This document shows positions 55,056 through 64,000 of a DNA stretch of 64,000 bases, piece by piece. Source of the DNA: Octopus vulgaris. Lineage: Eukaryota. Each line of letters begins with the position of its first letter. Positions within the stretch are counted from its first letter, which is position 1. A program made the translations under genes and the position numbers. Location: the NCBI GenBank assembly GCA_951406725.2, contig OX597834.1:40114001-40178000 (forward strand), given 5' to 3'. The notes beneath the pieces were generated by a model. It was not told where the DNA came from and did not search any database. It saw nothing but the letters and a program-made list of their open reading frames with translations.

Positions 55056-55270
55056 GTATACGGACAATTTGTCGACAGACAGTTGGCTGACAGACAACTT
55101 ACAGACAGGACAATTGGTCATATGGTGAAATCCTGTTGCCCGATGTAGGGTGTTCCAGCAGCCACCCTCTTGATCCAAGACAGCACAATCTTCTCCAGGC
55201 ACTTGATGTAGGCCTCTGTGTTGAGTCTGAGGCCATGTAAGAATTGTCTGTTGGCAAATTATCTGCACAC
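55056..55270 (-). mobile_element. Short TIR element enclosing a Tc1/mariner-superfamily transposase fragment
   Basis: 26-bp TIRs at 55056-55081 and 55245-55270 (20/26 match, all differences transitions). Interior 55128-55238(-) reads HGLRLNTEAYIKCLEKIVLSWIKRVAAGTPYIGQQD, the segment preceding the second catalytic Asp (QQD). Confidence 0.7.
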
Positions 55271-56543
55271 GCTTTAAAGAGTGTGCTGGGTTATTTTTAT
55301 TGAGGCGCCAGTATTAGTGAGGGTGAGGATGCCTGGTGACCCGCTTGACAGAAGGGGTCCCCACTGCCCTAAAGCATTTCCATGTATTTAAGGTAACAGA
55401 TCAAGTGGAATAGAAAGTGAATGGAGATGGTGCTAGGGTGAGAATGATAAGGGAAATAGATTGGGACAACAGCACGGAAAGAGAACTGGGAGGGACAGTG
55501 ATGGCAAAGAGTGATGAGTGAGAGATTAAAGACAAAGTATAATGAGAAAAACTGTATCAATAGAGGGTAATGGAAGAGAAACAATAATGGCAGCTGCAAA
55601 TTTGCAGGTGAGAGAGAGAGAGAAAGAGAACAAGAGATAAAAATGAGAGGGAGAGAGAGAGAGAGAGAGAGAATGTGTAATGACATAGTAGAATGTGAAA
55701 GACAGTAAGAGCAGAGAGACAATAATGACAACATATTTCCAGGTAAGAGAGAGAGAGGGAGAGAGAGAGAGAGATAGATAGTTGTAAAAAGTGTAATGGA
55801 GATTAGTAATGAGTGCCCCAGGGATGGGGGAGGAGACAAGATTGGTGACTAGCAGTATGGAGGGGCAAGGAGGAGCACATCACAAATGACAGCAGTGGTG
55901 GTGGTCGTGGTGGTGGTGGTTATGTTAGCAGAGAAGAAAATCTTGAAGAGCATCAATAAAAATCTTCCATCTGTGAGAAAATGGATGTCACATCTCAAAG
56001 ACAGGGAATTCTATTGATTAAATATCAACGAGACATTCTCAACCATTTTCACTTTTCTGTGAGATTTGATGCTTTTTTCTATGAACCAGAGATTACTTTC
56101 CATAGAAAATAAAATTAACTTCTTCCATATTAAAAGAACCATACTTAATTGTCATCTACAGATTAACAATCATCTTAGACTGCCAAACACTTCTCAGAAT
56201 GGTTTGACCAACATCACAGTCAGTCGACCAGCTAGAAATAGCAGCCAAATCTCTCATGAATAATACCATTGTCATCATTTATTTTTGTCCACTTTTCCCC
56301 TGCTTTCATAGATCAGACAGAATTTATTGTGGCAGATTTTCCTGTGGCCAGATGCCCTTCTGGTCACCAACCCTCACCTGTTTCTGAGGAAGGTAATTCC
56401 CACCCCCCATAATCAGGTATGTTTACATGAAAAATTAGAAATAAAGGACACCCCACCCCAACTTGTATGGTGGAGACACATTTACAATTATGTGATATCA
56501 AGCTTACACACACCTCTCCATACCTACATACATATATATATAT

Positions 56544-56718
56544 ATATACTGTTGTGTCTGGGGAGAGTCATTTTCTTTTTGTGCCTTACCACTAAAATTT
56601 CCACTTTTTTCTTATTTTTATTTTCCTAAACTTTTCGTTGCATCTTGCAACCTTTTCAATAGTCTTGACTCTATAAGGCACAAAAAGAAAATGACTCTCC
56701 CCATACACAACAGAATAT
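56544..56718. repeat. 45-bp inverted repeat (2 mismatches) with an 85-nt loop holding a hammerhead-like motif
   Basis: Arms 56544-56588 and 56674-56718. Loop on the minus strand: CTA-TTGAAAA-G-GTTGCA-aga-TGCAAC-GAAA-ag-TT-TAG. Confidence 0.85.
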
Positions 56719-57480
56719 GCTTCAACACACAAACTCATATAAAGAATCTTGCAAACCAAATCATTACCGTATTCATTTTGAGATGTTCTGTGATTCTTTT
56801 AGTTAATTTTAAATATAACAAAGAATTTAGTAAAATAACTAAGTTATCATTTAGCTAGTGTTAGGAACATAAATTGTGACTAAGGTTTGGTGGGAGATTT
56901 TAATTCAGAACTTTTGAAAACAAGACATTTCTACTACAGAACCAAAGGCAGTTTCAGCCGGGTTAGCACCAAAAAGGTTAATAAAAAAAATAATAATAAT
57001 AACAATAATAATAGTAATAATAATAATAATAATAATAATGATAATAATAATAATAATAGACGTGATCCATCCAACATTTTGCACAGATTATAGGATTCAT
57101 GATTTGCAGGGATAATTGGTTGCTATTTCTATCAGGCTGGTCAACCACATGATGGCACCACACTCATAATTGATTGGTCTTTGTTCTTGGAACAAACGAA
57201 GCATGAAATATATTAACAATTTCAAAAACTACTCCTTACTTTTTTAACTCTGGGCCTCACCCCTCATCATTCATCACTCACCATTCACCACTCACCATTC
57301 TACCAAAATCATCACCATTCCTCCTCCATCTTTGAAAAAAATTAGTCGAATGTTTTGAAGAGAGATAAAGAAGGTTGGCCAAATTCCAGAAGATTTAAAC
57401 TATTTATTATTTTTATTTAAATAATTTAACATTAACGATATCTGGTTTCATTGCTGCAACAGACCGAAGCGATTCCTTAC

Positions 57481-57571
57481 AATTGGTTCATGCAACACTG
57501 CACAAGAACGGCAGCGAAAGAATGGCAATAAATGGCTATTATGGAAATGTAAAATTCTTGTTTACATGATT
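57481..57571 (-). CDS. Weak candidate 91-nt exon (hydrophobic, Cys-rich segment)
   Basis: ...cgtcccactgtcctattcag|AATCATGT...AACCAATT|gtaagg. Phase 1 to 2; continues the frame of the 61515-61659 exon as (E)SCKQEFYISIIAIYCHSFAAVLVQCCMNQ(L). No homology recognised. Confidence 0.3.
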
Positions 57572-58153
57572 CTGAATAGGACAGTGGGACGATGATGATG
57601 AGGGTGATGATGATGATGGTGGTGAGGATCATGGTAATGATGATGGTGGTGGTGGTGGTTATGATGATGGTGGTGGTGGTAGTAGTGGTGGTGGTGATGA
57701 TGATGATGATGGTGGTGGTGATGGTGGTGATGATGATGGTGGTGGTTATGATGATGCAATGCGATGATGATGATGATGATGATGGTAGTGATGGCAATGG
57801 TAGTGGCATACTATGATGGCGGTGGTAGGGGTCGGGGCCATTGTGGTGGTGGTGGTGGTGGTGGTGCTGATACTGATGGTGTTTACAGTGATGATGGTTA
57901 GAAATGATGATGGTGGGATTGATGATGATGATGATGATTGCATCAGTTACATACAATAACAAAAAAAAAACAAATTGGAAATCAATAATCGATGAGGAAG
58001 GTTTCAACTTTACCGATAACCATCCTAGTAATGGTGGTGATGATGATGATAGAAGTGGTGATGATGATGATGATAACAACCATGATGACAAAGATGATTA
58101 TGGTGATGTGGGAATGACGATGAGGATGATGGTGACTGTCAATGACGATGGCA

Positions 58154-58185
<32 letters not shown>

Positions 58186-58244
58186 GGTGGTAGTGATGAC
58201 AATAACGATGATGATGACAGTGTATATATGTCTACATGTGTGTG

Positions 58245-58279
<35 letters not shown>

Positions 58280-58644
58280 CTTTGTGTCTGTTTGTCCCCT
58301 ACCACCATCTGTTGATGTGTTTACGTCCCCGTAACTGAGCAGTTCAGCAAAAGCGACTGATAGAATAAGTACCAGGCTTTAACAGAAAAAAATATACTAC
58401 TGGGATCAATTCATTCAAATAAAAATTCAAAGCATTGCTCCAGCATGGCCGTGATACTAGTAACTGGTAAAAGACAAATTACAGATGCAGGCATGGCTGA
58501 ATGGTAAGAAGTTTGCTCTAACGTCCACGTGGTTTTAGGTTCAGTCCCACCGTGTGGTACCTTGAGCAAGTATCTTCTATTATAGCCCCAGGCCTTGTAA
58601 GTGGATCTGGTAGATAAAGCCTGAAAGAAGCCAGTTGCGTGTGT

Positions 58645-58733
<89 letters not shown>

Positions 58734-59619
58734 TGTGTGTGTTTGTTTGTGTGTGTGTGTGTTTGTGTATGTGTGCAGAAATATGAGTGTGTTGCTGTTT
58801 CTTTGTTTTTACATCACATGGTGGTTGTAAACAAGAGTCACCATCATACAAGCAGTGTCGTTTGTTTCCAGTCTGCTGGAAAAACATGTCTGGCCACGGG
58901 GAGATGTCACCTTGTTTCAAAGCAGATGAGGGTTGGCAACAGGGAGAGCATCCAGCCGTAGGAAAATCTGCCTTGATAGACTCCATCCGACCCATGCAAG
59001 CAGAGAAAAGTGAACATTAAGACAATGATGATGATGATTATGATGATGAATAACAGATTCAATACCAAGAAATGTTCCATGCCAATGATGGACAACTGAA
59101 CTGGACCATTGACCACAAATATATTCGGTTCAGAACTTACTAGTGTCATTATATCATATTCTAACTCTGAGTAACTTTCCTGGTTTTATTTTTCCTTACA
59201 TAAACAGTACCACTCACCACCACTACCACCACAACCACCATCATCATCATCATCATCATCAACCCCACACTTCACGGTTCAATGATTAGCAGTAACAAAA
59301 GCAGCCAACTGTAAAAACAATTGCTGCAACATATTAACAATGGAAGAAATATCTTAATTATGCAAGCAGAGAAAACTCCTTTATCTTGCTTTAAATTTCA
59401 AGCAGGCCGCATATATACATTCACACACACATATTCACACACATAAATATGTGTGTGTTTGTGAGATGCCAGGTGCAATAACCGTATATAAGTAGAAAGA
59501 TGAATGATAATAAGCGTAAGGAAACTATTTGTATTAAAAGCTGCGTATACAATCACATGATGTAAATAAGTCTTATCTTTACAGCTGTTTCGAATAATCA
59601 ATGACTACTTGGTATAATA

Positions 59620-60060
59620 CTGAGGTACAATACTGAGGCAATATAGTAGCTATACACGCAGACAAACCAAAGTATCAACTAGCACAATTTTTGATAGCTC
59701 TGTGCGGTTCATAAGTACATTATCGTAATTGAACAGACAGTCCCACGGGAAGAGGGGTGTAATGAGGCCCATGAATGGAAGCTTGCCAAATGGGAGAGCC
59801 TTCTGCAGGATTGCAAGGAGAAGGGATGGCAGGTATGGTTTTTCCCTGTCGAGGTTGGCTGTAAGGGATTCCCTGCTCAGTCGGCATTGAGGATGCTTAC
59901 AGCCATTCGAACGAGAAGTAGGGAGCAAAGGGTGGCTGTGTACAGGATGGGAGAGACAGCTGAAAGATCCTTTCATTGGCTTTGGAGCAAGAGAGAGGAA
60001 TTAAGCAGGAAGCCAGGAGGAGATGAAGAGCAGTGACATGACCACCTCTGCTGAACCATC
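59620..60060 (+). mobile_element. Hero-like (R2 group) non-LTR retrotransposon relic: restriction-like endonuclease C-terminus
   Basis: Open frame of about 105 codons to TGA at 60034-60036: YIIVIEQTVPREEGCNEAHEWKLAKWESLLQDCKEKGWQVWFFPVEVGCKGFPAQSALRMLTAI...MGETAERSFHWLWSKREE, matching the RLE pattern IELTVPWE..../K..KY..L...C...GW.....PVEVGCRGF/AE..S.WLW. Absent from the ORF track. Confidence 0.88.
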
Positions 60061-60360
60061 AATGGAAGAATGTTACAGTTCAGGGTCTAATAACATCAGT
60101 TCCTCCTGGCCAAGGCTCCATTCACTTTGGTGAATGGAAAAAGTACCTCCTTAAGGCTTTTCTGTTTATCATCATCATCATCATCATCCAGTATTTTAAA
60201 TCTGGGTCAATTTAATATTTGATTTGTTATGAGATTTTTAGAATAATAATTATAAGATATTTAATTAATTTCTATGTAGTTATTATAGATAATATCTTTT
60301 CACAATTGATGGAATAACTAGATAGCGGTTTGTCTCTAAATTATATATATATATATATAT

Positions 60361-60537
60361 AGGGAGAGTTTATGAAAAAAAACAAAAGACGAAGACAGGT
60401 GGTGTAGAAAACAAACAGATGTATTAGTATAACGCACAGGAATAGAAAAGTCTTTTACATTTCGAGTCTACACTCTTCTACAGAAAGGGACACAGAAAAA
60501 AACAAGGAGAGAAACCAGGGGAGAAAAAATCTGTGTA

Positions 60538-60540
<3 letters not shown>
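60361..60540 (-). mobile_element. 180-bp element inserted in (TA)n, carrying a minimal hammerhead-like motif
   Basis: (TA)n on both sides. Minus strand CTTT-CTGTAGA-A-GAGT-gtag-ACTC-GAAA-tg-TA-AAAG (about 60487-60452). Second copy at 12740-12915. Confidence 0.7.
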
Positions 60541-60578
<38 letters not shown>

Positions 60579-61514
60579 TACACACACGACAGGCTTCTTT
60601 CAGTTTCCGTCTACCAAGTCCACTCACAAGTTTGGCTGGCCCAAAGCTATAGTAGAAGACACTTGTCCAAGGTACCACGCAGTGGGACTGAACCTGGAAT
60701 CATGTGGTTGGTAAGCAAGCTTATCCTACATTCATGAAGGAATCAACAACCTCAATTGAATTAATGAAGGTGTTGTTGTGTTGATGCCTTAATAGAGAAG
60801 TGAGGAGCTAAGCAATGATGTTCATGTTTTTACAGAGATGTGAATAGATGTGTTGTGATGTTCATTCCTTTCCCCACATATTGATAAGTGCTTTACAGCC
60901 ACAACTGAAAAATCAAAACTGCATCACAAACCCAGGACTTCTATTTACCAAACTCTCAGCCTAGTGAGAGAATCAGGAATTAGTTTATCAAATGTTGAAG
61001 GAATGGAGAAGAAGAATATTTCAATGGTTTAGAAATTAAAAGTGGAACAGTTCTAAGTTAAGACTCGTATCTTTTTTGGAAGTTTTTTTGACTTTGTTGT
61101 TGAGGAATTCTTGAGTGCCAAACCTATATCTCATATCTTTGGCATTGGAACAATTCTGTTGGTTTGGTTTAAACAAAGTGACAACACAAACAAGAAAGAA
61201 AGTGAAAGAGAGACACAAACGATCAAAGAATATGAGAGAGGGGGAGGGGGAGGAAGAAAGAGGAGAATAGAAGAAAAGAAAGAAGAGAGATAAAGAGAGT
61301 GATAGGGAGAGACAAGAAAGAGAGTAAAGAGAGAAAGAACCAAAGGATGGAGAGAAAGAAAGAAAGAGAAAGAAAGCATGAAAGAAAAAGAAAAGAGAAA
61401 AAGAAATAAAGAGAGAAAGGAAGACAGTGAGGGAGAAAGAGAGACACAAAAGGGAAAAATAGAGAGAGAGAGAGAGAGAGAGAGAAAAGCAAGATGGCTT
61501 ATTGTGTCTCTTAC

Positions 61515-61659
61515 CTTGTGTACATCTTCTATGGTTTTGTTGTATTGTGTTCTCTTTTATACTCTCCAAAGTATCGTAACCCCAGAATTTCTCAAACTCA
61601 TCCCTTCCTCCGTCAACACGGATCCTCGGAAGGTCTTTGTAGCCAATGTCTTTGGCTTG
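61515..61659 (-). CDS. Internal coding exon (145 nt, phase 0 to 1) of an unidentified gene
   Basis: Acceptor gtttcctttctgtttttgcag| and donor CAAG|gtaaga are both near consensus. Only one frame is open: QAKDIGYKDLPRIRVDGGRDEFEKFWGYDTLESIKENTIQQNHRRCTQ. Unique, higher-complexity sequence between low-complexity flanks. Confidence 0.8.
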
Positions 61660-61797
61660 CTGCAAAAACAGAAAGGAAACAATGTCAGGAGTTAGAAAAC
61701 CAAATTGTACACATGGGTGTGTGTGTGGGTGTGTGTGTGTGTGTGGCTGCATCCATTTCTACAATAAATATTTTACCATCAGCTTCAATGCCCTCGG

Positions 61798-62170
61798 TGA
61801 GTAAACAAACACTTGTGTACTCAATGAGTACAGACCTTATAGCATTTGTAGTAAACAATTATGTACTCGCTTGGAGAGTACGGACCTTATAGTATTTTTA
61901 GTAAACAATTCTGTACTCGCTTGGAGAGTACAGACCGTATAGTATTTTTAGTAAACAATTCTGTACTCGCTTGGAGAGTACAGACCTTATAGTATTTTTA
62001 GTAAACAATTCTGTACTCGCTTGGAGAGTACGGACCGTATAGCATTTTTAGTAAACAATTCTGTACTCGCTTGGAGAGTACAGACCTTATAGCATTTTTA
62101 GTAACAATTCTTTTCTCATTTGAAGAGTACAGACCTTATAGCATTTTTGGTAAACAATTTTGTACTCACT
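61798..62170. repeat. 50-bp minisatellite (~7 copies), units carrying a hairpin
   Basis: GTAAACAA at 61801, 61851, 61901, 61951, 62001 and 62051, then variants; the central units contain TGTACTC-GCTTGGA-GAGTAC(A/G). Confidence 0.95.
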
Positions 62171-62702
62171 TGACATAATAGACATAATTATGCCACAAGT
62201 CATAGTTCATCCGAAACAGCTGTCAAGATCAGACTATTACATCATTCCTTTTATCAGTTTGTATTCCATGTAAATACACTAGCCTACTTTGTTTATCTGC
62301 TTTCTTCATTTCTGTACACACACACACACACACAGACACACACACATTTATACATAGGCAAGAGATTTCTATTACAGCCTTGAGCTAGCCACTGCTTTGT
62401 GAATAGAATTAATAGACAGAAACTGTATGAAGGCCACTGTGTGTGTGTGTGTGTGTGTGTGTGTGAAGAGGCAGGACATAGACAGAAAAAACAAAGATGA
62501 TGATGACGATGATTATGATGACAGCAGCAACAATCATGATGAAAAAGATTATGATGATGGCTATGATGATTTTATATACCCTGAGCCGAACAGTGGGTAT
62601 ATAATACAGACAGACATACAGATATACAGTGAAATGCATAGAAATATATTTTCAAAGTGAGTACGTCTACACCCAATGTCACCCACCCTCGGGGGTACTC
62701 AC

Positions 62703-62741
62703 CCCTGAGTATAATGCTTCAATAGTTTTCTTCATCTCCAC
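62703..62741 (-). CDS. Candidate 39-nt exon (phase 0 to 0) or coding end of a first exon
   Basis: caacag|GTG GAG ATG AAG AAA ACT ATT GAA GCA TTA TAC TCA GGG|gtgagta = VEMKKTIEALYSG. The other two frames are closed and the phase matches the next exon. The acceptor is weak and an in-frame TAA lies just upstream, so the ATG could be a start codon. Confidence 0.5.
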
Positions 62742-62890
62742 CTGTTGTTAGCTTCGATGACAACAAAGGCTTCATTGATGTGAGTTATGAAAGCAAACAT
62801 TCATACTTGTCAGACCCAGCATACTTCACTCATCTTCCCCGGGTACCACACAACCGTTATCTCTCTTCCACCTCCACTCGGTGACCGAAT

Positions 62891-62925
<35 letters not shown>

Positions 62926-63099
62926 GGCTTCATTGATGTAAGATATAAGTGAAATGTTAAAGCATGTGTATGAATGTGATTAGCACAGTTCTACACAGTC
63001 GGGCATTTGTTGTAGTTGAATAATGACTTTGTTGTTGTTGCTGTTGCTGTTGTTGTTGTATGGGCTTTTTTCTTGGTGAGATGAGGGTGGAAGGAAAAG

Positions 63100-63134
<35 letters not shown>

Positions 63135-63153
63135 TACATTCACATTTAGCTCT

Positions 63154-63210
<57 letters not shown>

Positions 63211-63350
63211 CCAAGAGTAGTCATGTGGTAAGAAGCTTGCTTCCCAACCACATGGTTCCAGGTTCAGCTCCACCGCATGGAAACTTGGGCAAGTGTCATC
63301 TACTGTGGCCTAGGGCCAACCAAAGCCTTGTGAGTGGATTTGATAGACAG

Positions 63351-63400
63351 AAACTGAAAGAAGTCTGTTGTATATATATACAACAGACTTCTTTCAGTTT
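63351..63400. repeat. Perfect 50-bp palindrome at the break point of a family A SINE (63215-63370)
   Basis: AAACTGAAAGAAGTCTGTTG-TATATATATA-CAACAGACTTCTTTCAGTTT. Confidence 0.97.
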
Positions 63401-63439
63401 ATATATATATATATATATAAATATATATAAAAGAGTAAA

Positions 63440-63530
<91 letters not shown>

Positions 63531-64000
63531 AAAGCAGCAGAAATACAACAAAAGCTGTTACTCAGAGTTTCACGTTTCCGTTCGGTCATGAATAACCATG
63601 GGATTTGACCTAGAAAGTTCCCTTCCTAGGCACAAGTCCAGGCAAGGTTGTTTATGGAAGTCACCCATGCATACCAGCCTCTTCTTTCCACATCACCGAT
63701 GTTATCCAAGGGAAAGGCAAAAATGGCCGATACACCTTGGCACCAGGGACATCGCAACTCGTTTCTACTTCTGAGAGAACTAGAGCAGCGTGAAATAAAG
63801 TGTCTTGCTCAAGAACACAACATGCAACCTGGTATGGGAATTGAACTCACTACCTCATGATTGGGAGCCTGACCCTCTAACCACTGAGCCATGCACCTTC
63901 ACACATTTTAAGTGAGGAACACATATTTTAGCCTTTGGCACACTACATTTTCTCTAGAACTGTTTTCCCTGGCACTGCTCTGTTACTTCATCCTCATCAT

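Noticed and set aside
61036-61752. Treating the whole 238-aa ORF as a gene
   Set aside because: Only 61515-61659 is bounded by splice sites and has complex sequence; the rest is read-through into (CA)n and CT-rich intron.

Overview
Eukaryotic, AT-rich and extremely microsatellite-dense sequence: (TA)n, (CA)n, (AAT)n, (GAT)n and (GA)n. The SINE repertoire and repeat style point to a coleoid cephalopod, most likely Octopus (inference). Almost every ORF in the supplied track is a microsatellite or SINE artefact. The window reads as mostly intronic DNA of a large minus-strand gene of unrecognised family. One exon is well supported (61515-61659) and three weaker candidates are phase-compatible with it (62703-62741, 57481-57571 and a 20-nt microexon at 25356-25375). 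Mobile DNA comprises four tRNA-headed SINE families, two unclassified short interspersed families, a decayed Hsmar1-like mariner, mariner/piggyBac/hAT-type MITEs, two copies of a non-autonomous Helitron, and relics of RTE, Hero-like (RLE) and Penelope-like retroelements. Three signals stand out. (1) Short elements, often embedded in (TA)n, carry degenerate Penelope-type hammerhead ribozyme folds (best example 48461-48548). (2) A CpG-rich, strongly pairing island at about 51607-51800 contains hammerhead core words in non-canonical order. (3) At least six local fold-back inversions would give intronic dsRNA. Everything was read by eye with no database search, and repeat boundaries are approximate (about 10-20 bp).
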